DNA of 21,770 nucleotides from a virus: UHGV virus genome UHGV-1845973. One strand, given 5' to 3'. The position numbers and the translations under genes were made by a program. Positions 6,226 to 13,414 of the stretch are shown piece by piece (position 1 is the stretch's first letter; every line of letters starts with the position of its first letter). The notes beneath the pieces were generated by a model, which was given only the letters and a program-made list of their open reading frames with translations, made no database searches and was not told where the DNA came from.

Positions 6226-7884
6226 ATGAATAAGATTAGTTTTTCGGTAGGGCAGGCAGCTGGCGTTGCTGTAATGTCAGTAAATGCTGACGCTACCCTC
6301 ACCAATACCAGCGGTGGCGCATCCGTCTTTGCTGGGCTTGTAATATCGCGTCGTGGCGCACCGGGTAAGGTACTGAAAGTTGACGATACGACTTATCAAA
6401 GCGTATTAGGTTCACCGATTCACCCTCGCCAGGGCGCGGCATTTGAACCATATCGCCACGTGGAGCGTGCAGTAAAAGGCGGCTCTGGATATGTCGTTCG
6501 AGTTTGCGCTAAAGACATGAAGGTGCCGGGTATTTCTGTTTCCGTTGTGGGCAAAGCAAAAGCGGCAAAGGCGAGCAAAGAACTTTCCGTTGAACCTACT
6601 GAAACCACAGTAAATCCAGGTGACACATTAAGCGTTGGTGTTGCTTCAACTGCAACGACTCAATCAGTGACCTTCACACCCAAAGAGACGCCCCAGATTA
6701 AAGGTGAAGAGAAGGCATTATTCTTCATCAAAGATGGTGATGCATCTCAAAATCGCACGTTATCACTAACTCGCGATGATGAAGAAAGCGAACTCTTTAC
6801 GCTGACGCTGAAAGAAAAACAAACCGATGGGTCCATTGAGGTGCTGGAAAGCCACCAAGTGTCTTTCAATCCAGAAGGCACCAACGACATGGGCCAACCA
6901 GCATGGATTCCGACACTGCTTGAAAGCCAGTCCACTCGCATTGGTGCCGTACTGGCAGATAATGCAGAAGCATCCGCTGCTCAACTCATTTTTGAGGATG
7001 TAGCTTTTGAAGGTGGTACTGATGGAAATCTGTCCGAAATTAACGCTGCAGACTATCTGGAAGCATTAAAGGTTCTCGAAGCTTCAGAGGTTAATTACAC
7101 CGCATTGCTGTCACTGGGTTGTTATGACGCATCCGCCTTAGCCGCAATCAAAAAGCTGGCTGAAGATGTTCGCGTAGACATGTTCTATGACCTGAAGGGC
7201 AACCAGACACCTGAAAACGCTATTTCAGAAGCGAAAAGCCATAGTTTTGGCGGCTCACATCAACCAAGCCGTTACTACTTCCCGCTCTCCTGCCGAGATA
7301 CCTTCACTGGGATGAATGTCGTCTATGGCATTAGTTGCGACGCATTCGTAGCAAAAGCAAAAGGGGTAGCGCTGGTACCGGATGTTGGTGGTTGGCATTA
7401 CGCACCGGCAGGTATATCACGCGCGATTATTGATCGACAGAACATTGCCCGAATTCCAAATATCGGTGCAGTTGATCGTGAAGCGTTCGTTCTTGCGCGC
7501 ATTAATCCGGTTTCAGTTGCTGCTGATGGGTCCGTTTACATTGACGACTCTTTAACAACTTACAGCAAAAACAACTATCTGCGATTCCAGCATGTGTCTT
7601 CCTTGATGAACGCCATCGCCAGAGATTTCTATGAAGTAGCTCAGGCGATTAAGCACGAACCGGATGGCATTACCAAAGAAACGCTAATGAAAGCAATGAC
7701 TGAATTGCTTGACCGTTACGTTGCAGCCGGTGCGCTGGTTACTCCACGTGACAAGTCCCAGGGTGAAGATCCATACGTTGTTCAGGTTGTCCAAAAGGAC
7801 ATCGATCTGTGGGAAGTGTCCTGGTCTGTTTGTCCGACCGGTACAGCTCGCCGAATCGTCGGTAAGCCAATTCTGATGCGCTGA
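6226..7884 (+). CDS. Contractile tail sheath protein
   Basis: The C-terminal half shows the usual sheath pattern: GGWHYAPAGISRAII...REAFVLARINPVSVAADGSVYIDDSLTT...YLRFQHVSSLMNAIARD...LDRYVAAGALV. This corresponds to the PAG, INP, wG and R.l..i motifs of the P2 FI / T4 gp18 C-domain family. The N-terminal part carries an Ig-like insertion (LSVEPTETTVNPGDTLSVGV). Confidence 0.7.
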   Translation: MNKISFSVGQAAGVAVMSVNADATLTNTSGGASVFAGLVISRRGAPGKVLKVDDTTYQSVLGSPIHPRQGAAFEPYRHVERAVKGGSGYVVRVCAKDMKVPGISVSVVGKAKAAKASKELSVEPTETTVNPGDTLSVGVASTATTQSVTFTPKETPQIKGEEKALFFIKDGDASQNRTLSLTRDDEESELFTLTLKEKQTDGSIEVLESHQVSFNPEGTNDMGQPAWIPTLLESQSTRIGAVLADNAEASAAQLIFEDVAFEGGTDGNLSEINAADYLEALKVLEASEVNYTALLSLGCYDASALAAIKKLAEDVRVDMFYDLKGNQTPENAISEAKSHSFGGSHQPSRYYFPLSCRDTFTGMNVVYGISCDAFVAKAKGVALVPDVGGWHYAPAGISRAIIDRQNIARIPNIGAVDREAFVLARINPVSVAADGSVYIDDSLTTYSKNNYLRFQHVSSLMNAIARDFYEVAQAIKHEPDGITKETLMKAMTELLDRYVAAGALVTPRDKSQGEDPYVVQVVQKDIDLWEVSWSVCPTGTARRIVGKPILMR

Positions 7885-7891
7885 TTTATAA

Positions 7892-7913
7892 CCCCCGCTA
7901 AATGATGCGGGGG
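7892..7913 (+). terminator. GC hairpin after the sheath gene (7-bp stem CCCCCGC/GCGGGGG, 8-nt loop)
   Basis: It lies 8 nt after the sheath stop. No U-tract follows. It overlaps the purine-rich SD region of the next gene. Confidence 0.3.
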
Positions 7914-7927
7914 AGAGAGGTTTGAAT

Positions 7928-8662
7928 ATGAAAAATTATACTGCTGATCCTTTTATGCGTGCGATTTTCGGTTCTGGCTGCTTTGAAAGCGGTGATAAAT
8001 CCACGCAGGACAATAATGATAACGCCATGCTGGAAAGCGCAGGACAGAAAGGAAAGGACACTCAACCAAAGCCCAAAGACGACATTGAAACCGCGATGAT
8101 GGAAGCGGTTGAATCCCGTGCACAAGGTGATATGCGCAGCCTGGCAGCTTCCATGCTTGCTGGTTGGGTTGAAGATGGTGATCCGGAGGCTGACTCATTT
8201 GATGCATTAGCAATCACTATGGCTGGCCTGGCTGATATCGATGAAGACACCGATTTCACCGATGAGCAAATCGATGCTTATAACGATGCACTCGCAGCTC
8301 TTGCTGATGCAGCTGTTGCGCTTGGCGCTGATCAGGATGATGTAACCGAAATGATCGACGATGAAGATGACTCAGCTGCCGAACGTGTTTATGACGCTCT
8401 TTCCGAAAGCGACACCGACATGATGGAAACAGCTATTGCCATTTACACCGTTGCTGGTGGTGATAGCGCAATGCTGGAAGCGGTACGTAAAAAAGTGGTT
8501 CGTGATGGCAAGGTAACCATCATCCGTAAACGCCCGCGTCCTCGCCGCATGACGTCATTGCAAAAACAGGCGCTGAAAAAAGCACGCCGCAAAGCACATA
8601 CATCCGTAGCGAATATCAACCGCAAAAAATCAATGCGCATTCGCAAAAAACGCGGTTTGTAA
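7928..8662 (+). CDS. Hypothetical bipolar protein: Asp/Glu-rich body and strongly basic C-terminal tail
   Basis: I prefer the ATG at 7928, which has GAGAGAGG 8 nt upstream, over the TTG at 7922. The middle of the protein is very acidic (IDEDTDFTDEQID, MIDDEDDSAAE). The last 55 aa or so are Lys/Arg-rich (RKRPRPRR...KKARRKAH...RKKSMRIRKKRGL). Confidence 0.55.
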   Translation: MKNYTADPFMRAIFGSGCFESGDKSTQDNNDNAMLESAGQKGKDTQPKPKDDIETAMMEAVESRAQGDMRSLAASMLAGWVEDGDPEADSFDALAITMAGLADIDEDTDFTDEQIDAYNDALAALADAAVALGADQDDVTEMIDDEDDSAAERVYDALSESDTDMMETAIAIYTVAGGDSAMLEAVRKKVVRDGKVTIIRKRPRPRRMTSLQKQALKKARRKAHTSVANINRKKSMRIRKKRGL

Positions 8663-8711
8663 GTGACATAGGCCGTCTGCAAAGGTGGCCTCTACCTGGG
8701 AGAAATAGCGT

Positions 8712-9302
8712 TTGATTTGCGGCGCGATAATGCCTGACGGAATAAGTCCGTTAATGAAGGTTTATATCCTCTCTTCAGAGGATATGGTCGTCGGTTATAT
8801 CGGTGAAGGATCTACCGCAGAACTGTCATCAATGTGGCAATCACCATTTGAAAACCAGTCAGTAGGAGGTTTGCTTGGTGGTATTAGCGCTGCGGCTGGC
8901 TCTCTTGCAGATACGCTTCAGACCGCAACCGGCGTAACAACAAAAACCCTCTTCAACTCAATGCTTGTTTGGGAAGGTCAGCAACCGCCTGAATTTAATC
9001 TGGTAATTGATTTCATGGCGACAACGAACGCGCAACTTGAAGTAAACGCAGCCATTACAGCATTGCTGAAGATGGAATCGCCGGAACTGAACAATGTAGC
9101 GCCATTCGGTCGTCGCCCGGAGACAGTAACGTTAAACATAGGTAGGAACATAGCCCTTACCGACGTTGTTATCAAAAGCGTGAGTTACCAACTGGACGCC
9201 CCACGCACACCGGAAGGCTATTTCACTCATAACACGGTAACCCTGCAATGCAGCGGAAACACCTCGATTAACCGTAGCAACATATCATCTGTTTTTGTGT
9301 AG
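8712..9302 (+). CDS. Hypothetical virion or tail protein
   Basis: It lies between the sheath and tube genes. The start is ambiguous among TTG 8712 (GGGAGA 9 nt upstream), ATG 8730 and ATG 8754. I recognise no confident family. Confidence 0.45.
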   Translation: MICGAIMPDGISPLMKVYILSSEDMVVGYIGEGSTAELSSMWQSPFENQSVGGLLGGISAAAGSLADTLQTATGVTTKTLFNSMLVWEGQQPPEFNLVIDFMATTNAQLEVNAAITALLKMESPELNNVAPFGRRPETVTLNIGRNIALTDVVIKSVSYQLDAPRTPEGYFTHNTVTLQCSGNTSINRSNISSVFV

Positions 9303-9310
9303 GAGTATTT

Positions 9311-9802
9311 ATGTCCGGTTTTGCAAATACAAAAGCCGATATCGCTTTTCTGAAATCCCGGTTGAACAAAAACCTGGCAGCGGGCGAAAAACTTATTGGT
9401 TCAGAATTCTGGATGACTATTAAAGGTTACGAAAAACTATCTGTACTTGTTCGTACCACTCAGTTGCCGGAAATGACTCGCGAAGACGTGGAAGACTATG
9501 GTCCTGGCGGCATGAAGATCAACCAGCACGGGCCATTGCGTAACTCAGGTGAATTCCAGGTTACCTGCTCTGAAACCATCGAAGGGGATGTTCTGGCCGC
9601 CGTAAAACAAATGGTATATGGCAAAGAATATCTGGAAATTACCTTACAGGCAGCGGCTGAATCCAATAGCGGTAACCATAAAGGTCTGATCCGCACATAT
9701 TATCACTGCAAAGTGTATTCCGACGCAGTGGACTTCTCCACCGAAGACGTAACAGCAGTCGTTAAGCCTTCCCTGCGTATTGTTTACAACTGGGTAGAGT
9801 GA
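9311..9802 (+). CDS. Tail tube protein (P2 FII / Hcp-like)
   Basis: The 163-aa size fits. The segment VLVRTTQLPEMTREDVEDYGPGGMKINQHGPLRNSGEFQVTCSE parallels P2 FII SVTLPKLTRKLENYRGAGMNGSAPVDLGL...MEWSLGG as I recall it. A hairpin follows the gene. Confidence 0.6.
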   Translation: MSGFANTKADIAFLKSRLNKNLAAGEKLIGSEFWMTIKGYEKLSVLVRTTQLPEMTREDVEDYGPGGMKINQHGPLRNSGEFQVTCSETIEGDVLAAVKQMVYGKEYLEITLQAAAESNSGNHKGLIRTYYHCKVYSDAVDFSTEDVTAVVKPSLRIVYNWVE

Positions 9803-9807
9803 TCTCT

Positions 9808-9828
9808 TTCCCGCCCTTGTGGCGGGAA
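9808..9828 (+). terminator. Hairpin after the tube gene (8-bp stem TTCCCGCC/GGCGGGAA, 5-nt loop)
   Basis: It lies 6 nt after the stop and is followed by ctccttgtattt, a partial T-run. It is the most terminator-like of the intercistronic hairpins. Confidence 0.4.
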
Positions 9829-9854
9829 CTCCTTGTATTTGAGTTGTAGGTACG

Positions 9855-10406
9855 ATGACACCAACCGAATTATTAGAAAGCGTTAAAGTACGATTTAATC
9901 CACTGCTTGTGCGTGAAGAAGAAACGCTGAAAGCCTTCCTGATCAAAGCTCTGACCACGTATCAGGACAGGGCAGGGGTAGTGAAAACGTTAAAACTTGA
10001 AAAAGCTGGTGGTACTGCAATCCCATTACCAGAAGATTATCTCTCTCTGGTTCATGTTACCGACAACAATGGCCTGTTGGTCTATTCGGATGAATTATCC
10101 GGATTTATTGAATTAGAGCTAACAGGTTCAGAACGCTGGCCTTTTCGAATGCTGTATCTGGTTAATCTACGCGACAGAAAGCTGGATGAATGGCAAGTGC
10201 CTCCTGCAATCATTGGAATGCTGGAGGAATATCTGGAGGCGCTTATCAATGTAAGAAATGTCGCCCGGCAGCGTAGAGCGTCCATCGACGGGAAATTTGA
10301 CTACTCCGATCTGCCCGATGAAGCCACGCTATATGCCCGCGTGCAGGAGATTGAGGAAAAAATGTCCTCAAACCGGGCCATTATTCCGGGGGCTACCATT
10401 TTTTAA
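9855..10406 (+). CDS. Hypothetical virion morphogenesis protein (183 aa)
   Basis: It is an ORF in the co-oriented structural block. I recognise no family. Confidence 0.45.
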   Translation: MTPTELLESVKVRFNPLLVREEETLKAFLIKALTTYQDRAGVVKTLKLEKAGGTAIPLPEDYLSLVHVTDNNGLLVYSDELSGFIELELTGSERWPFRMLYLVNLRDRKLDEWQVPPAIIGMLEEYLEALINVRNVARQRRASIDGKFDYSDLPDEATLYARVQEIEEKMSSNRAIIPGATIF

Positions 10407-10421
10407 CGCTGGAGGCGCAGA

Positions 10422-11129
10422 GTGAGTATTTTCAGCAGCGTTGGTAGAACGTTGACCACCGCATTGTCATTTAACACGAAATCATTCACCAGCAACCTCA
10501 TTAGCGACATTCTTGATAAAGCCATATCAGGCGGCGGGGTAAGCGGGAATTACAGTAGCGATATTGCCTACGGGAAAAATATTGTTGCTGCCGCTATGCG
10601 TATCCGTTACGCCCAGGGGTGGCAGTGGACCGTTGAAGTGGATGGCCTGAACGGCTTCGATATGTTCGTGAAGGATATCACCTACAGCAGTGGAAACATT
10701 GAGACAGAAAGCAAGGTGATCGGCAGCGTAGAATTCAGCAAGCCAACCTATGTTAGCGCTGGACCGGTCACTATGACCGTGAGGGATACCGAAGATGGCA
10801 AGATCATGGACTGGTTCAAAGAGCGTCGTTCTCGTGTAACAAATCCTGATGGAACAATAAACCTTCCTCCGGAATATCTGATGAAAATCCGTGTCTACCG
10901 GGTAACTCAGGACGGCGGAAAAGAACTGGAAGAAGAAATGCGCGTATTTCCTACACAACTTGGGGAAATCACTCGCTCACGTGATCAGGTGTCAGAGTTC
11001 TTGTCATACCCAATCACTTTCCAGAAATACACATCTGCAGGCTCAGGTGTTTCTGCCTTGGTCAACGGTGCCGCTGGCATGGCTACAAGTGCGTTAAAGG
11101 GGGCTATCAGTGGAGTGATCAAATTCTGA
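10422..11129 (+). CDS. Hypothetical tail or baseplate protein (235 aa)
   Basis: The GTG start has GGAGG 7 nt upstream. The pattern W.W.VEVDG...FVKDITYSSG...TMTVRDTEDGKIMDWF...PPEYLMKIRVYRV loosely recalls T4-type baseplate or tube-initiator proteins. I consider this similarity weak. Confidence 0.4.
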   Translation: MSIFSSVGRTLTTALSFNTKSFTSNLISDILDKAISGGGVSGNYSSDIAYGKNIVAAAMRIRYAQGWQWTVEVDGLNGFDMFVKDITYSSGNIETESKVIGSVEFSKPTYVSAGPVTMTVRDTEDGKIMDWFKERRSRVTNPDGTINLPPEYLMKIRVYRVTQDGGKELEEEMRVFPTQLGEITRSRDQVSEFLSYPITFQKYTSAGSGVSALVNGAAGMATSALKGAISGVIKF

Positions 11130-11140
11130 AATGCTTTAAT

Positions 11141-11364
11141 TATGTGTGCTGTAGGGAAAGGTTTACGTTAAATGTGTGCTGCCGGGAAACCCCATTGCTC
11201 AAGATGTGTTGTAGAGGGAATGGTAATGGCAACATGTGTGCTGGAGGGGAATTTCGCATGTAAAGAGCGTCATTTATCCCTCCAGCACACATCTGAAATA
11301 AGCAATCCTCTGAAATTCCCTCCACCACACATCCAGACATGAAACTATCCCTTCAGCACACATT
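11141..11364. repeat. incA-like iteron array: seven 19-bp RepA-binding repeats downstream of repA
   Basis: Four copies have the GATGTGTGCTGGAGGGAAA orientation, at 11141, 11171, 11203 (diverged) and 11233. Three copies have the opposite orientation, at 11275, 11315 and 11346. The last overlaps the repA stop codon. The core CAGCACACAT/ATGTGTGCTG is conserved. Confidence 0.85.
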
Positions 11365-12227
11365 TAATCTGTTGGTTTAAGTTTCGGATTCCGAGAGTGA
11401 ACGATAATGAAGTTTTCACGACCTTGCTTTTCAATGGTGCAATCGAGATAACCTATTGTTTTTAACTGGTCTATAGCTTTTTTTATCGTTCTGTTTTGCT
11501 CACTTACCGATGACATCAAGGCTAATCTTTCACGTATTCTGGCAAATGAAATAGGTATTGGACGTGCCGGGAGGCTTTCTATAAAGGTATATATGGCCTG
11601 GGCTGCTTCTTTTTTAGGTAAAGCGCGAAGTGCGTGTTGCTGTAGAAGCACCCGATAGTCTAGCTGGAAGATTTCCCATAACTTGGAATCAGCCTCCAGT
11701 TCAACGACATCTGTTTCAAAGTCAAAATATCCCGTTTTAAGCAGGCCAGTATTGTAGCTTCCACGAGCACTTTTCCCTCTTTTGAATGAGATGCCTTTGT
11801 TGCGTAACCGACCTAAAGAATCGTGGATCGTGTTTCTTAATTTCCCATCAAGTCGCTTAGATGGAAATCCGCACGCCTTTGCAAATTCTTGAAAAGAAAG
11901 GCGAATTGTATTCGATGATAAGCCATACTTGCTAAATGAGTAGATTACCCCAATCCAGACTTTGAAATCAGTATCCATGTCCAAGCGAGGGCCAGTGATC
12001 TTGATGTTGTCGTAGCCTTCTGCTTGAGCTATTTCCAATTTGGAAAAAACAGATGATGCATCTATCTCGTTGTTTTCACCCTGTTTTTTAGTTGGTTTAG
12101 GGACGAAAACACCAAGCCGCATAAGTGCGACAGGTTGAACAGTATTGTTCGAATTAACTGTTAATTCTTTAGCCTTGCTTTCAATGTCAGCATAAAGAAT
12201 ATCAGAGATAAATGACTTATCCATCAA
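11364..12227 (-). CDS. repA: P1-type plasmid replication initiator RepA
   Basis: The 287-aa product is near-colinear with P1 RepA as I recall it: FISDILYADIESKAKELTVNSNNTVQPVALMRLGVFVPKP...ITGPRLDMDTDFK...LSFQEFAKACGFPSKRLD...ALPKKEAAQAIYTFIESLP...IVHSRNPKLK. It is flanked on both sides by P1-type 19-bp iterons. Confidence 0.95.
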   Translation of the reverse strand: MMDKSFISDILYADIESKAKELTVNSNNTVQPVALMRLGVFVPKPTKKQGENNEIDASSVFSKLEIAQAEGYDNIKITGPRLDMDTDFKVWIGVIYSFSKYGLSSNTIRLSFQEFAKACGFPSKRLDGKLRNTIHDSLGRLRNKGISFKRGKSARGSYNTGLLKTGYFDFETDVVELEADSKLWEIFQLDYRVLLQQHALRALPKKEAAQAIYTFIESLPARPIPISFARIRERLALMSSVSEQNRTIKKAIDQLKTIGYLDCTIEKQGRENFIIVHSRNPKLKPTD

Positions 12228-12280
12228 TAAGTTACCGTCATGTTGTGAATAAAGTTTACGACAGTGGATATCCGGCTTTT

Positions 12281-12384
12281 TTTCCCGTCAGCACACATCC
12301 TACATCCCGTCAGCACACATGTAAAACCCTCCAGCACACATATTTTTCCCGTCAGCACACATCGTTCTCCCTCCAGCACACATC
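12281..12384. repeat. incC-like origin iterons: five direct 19-bp repeats
   Basis: TTTCCC(GT/TC)CAGCACACATC-type repeats start at 12281, 12303, 12324, 12345 and 12366. The spacings are 22, 21, 21 and 21 bp, about two helical turns, and all copies share one orientation. They lie immediately upstream of repA, as in P1 oriR. Confidence 0.9.
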
Positions 12385-12429
12385 TGAATAGTGGTTAAAG
12401 CCTTATGTGGCGCGGCCTGAAGAGCTACG

Positions 12430-12492
12430 GGATCTATTTGGTACTATATGGATCTAATCAGGATCTATATATTGGATCTATCCTGTGGATAA
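12430..12492. other. oriR-like origin core: four GGATCTA heptamers carrying GATC (Dam) sites in an AT-rich stretch, plus a perfect DnaA box
   Basis: GATC occurs at 12431, 12451, 12462 and 12475, each within GGATCTA. TGTGGATAA at 12484..12492 is the reverse complement of TTATCCACA. A weaker DnaA-box-like AGTGGATAT lies at 12262..12270, between the iterons and repA. Confidence 0.8.
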
Positions 12493-12578
12493 AAAAGAAG
12501 AATTACAAAGCTCCACCCAATTTCACACACTACCTATCCTCCAACGAATAAACAGACATCTGCTTATCGGAGGAATAC

Positions 12579-13400
12579 TTGAACATTCCAAAATTCCCAT
12601 TGCCTTCCCGTCCTGAGACAGAAATTCAGTTCCACGCCCCTACCGTGAAGGATGCGCTGAAATATTCTGACCTGAACCCGGCAGAAGATGAGGCAACTAC
12701 TACAGAGTACCTTAACTCTATGCAGGATGGTGAAATTAACGACAGTGCTTACTGGACAGTCCAGGATCGCAGAACTGCCCTTTGGTGGATATTTGTTAAT
12801 TCGCGCCCCGATGCAGTAATGACCTACTCCTATGAGTGCAGTCACTGCGGTAATACGCATCATGCAGATATTAACCTGAGCGACCTGGCCCAAACAGTAG
12901 AAATACTCACTGTACCTCCTTACGTGAAAACCAACGTACCAGTAAATGGAGTACCAACTGACTGGATACTTAAACCATTAACCGGGAAAGGTGCGGAACT
13001 CCTTGAACGAATGCGAGCGTCACTTCCTGATATGAAAAGTCCCGAATACAGTGCTGGCGTAGCACGGATGCGAATTGCTGAACTCGCTTTATGCACGGCG
13101 CTTGAAGACGATCCGGAGGACTTCACGCAGGCCGCTAACCGACGCTTTGACATCATTGAAAGCATGGCGCTTGAAACCGAATTTACTCCGCTTGTGGCTC
13201 GCATACAGCTTATGCAAAAAGACCTACGTCACGGCCTGAAAATGTCTATTGAGAGAGGCTCAAGCCGACTGATCCTGCCTCCGCAACATTGCAAAAACGC
13301 TAAGGAGGGTGCAGATGTGACAACCACACTGTACGTCCCCTTTCTCAATAGAGAGTTTATCCCATCAATTAGATCTGAATGGATGGCTAACCATTATTAA
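12579..13400 (+). CDS. Hypothetical tail assembly protein (273 aa) preceding the tape-measure gene
   Basis: The TTG start has GGAGGA 4 nt upstream. The gene sits directly upstream of the giant tail protein. It contains a CSHCG...HH element. The function is inferred from position only. Confidence 0.4.
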   Translation: MNIPKFPLPSRPETEIQFHAPTVKDALKYSDLNPAEDEATTTEYLNSMQDGEINDSAYWTVQDRRTALWWIFVNSRPDAVMTYSYECSHCGNTHHADINLSDLAQTVEILTVPPYVKTNVPVNGVPTDWILKPLTGKGAELLERMRASLPDMKSPEYSAGVARMRIAELALCTALEDDPEDFTQAANRRFDIIESMALETEFTPLVARIQLMQKDLRHGLKMSIERGSSRLILPPQHCKNAKEGADVTTTLYVPFLNREFIPSIRSEWMANHY

Positions 13401-13414
13401 CAACCTGACTCTGT

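Noticed and set aside
8764-8785. Perfect 9-bp inverted repeat (ATATCCTCT-cttc-AGAGGATAT) near the 5' end of the 196-aa ORF
   Set aside because: It could sequester an internal SD-like AGAGGA, but that element is only 1 nt from the ATG at 8784, so it is unlikely to act as a start-site switch. It is noted only because the true start of this gene is uncertain.
11140-11340. 66-aa minus-strand ORF across the incA-like region
   Set aside because: It is made almost entirely of iteron sequence, has no SD and overlaps a regulatory repeat array. It is most likely an ORF-finder artefact.
11141-12384. Clustered short direct repeats that could be mistaken for a CRISPR array
   Set aside because: The repeats are 19 bp with a 21-22 bp period, so there is essentially no spacer. 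They occur in both orientations, flank repA and match the P1 iteron. They are RepA-binding iterons, not CRISPR repeats.
12564-12893. 109-aa minus-strand ORF next to the origin
   Set aside because: It overlaps the 5' part of the plus-strand 273-aa gene, which has a good SD. It has no RBS and an implausible Cys/Ile-rich translation.
13300-13414. Possible tail-chaperone-type -1 frameshift from the 273-aa ORF into the tape-measure frame
   Set aside because: A -1 shift would enter the frame of the 1314-aa ORF. That frame has a TGA at 13406..13408, before the ATG at 13415, and I found no X_XXY_YYZ heptamer in the correct phase near the 3' end.
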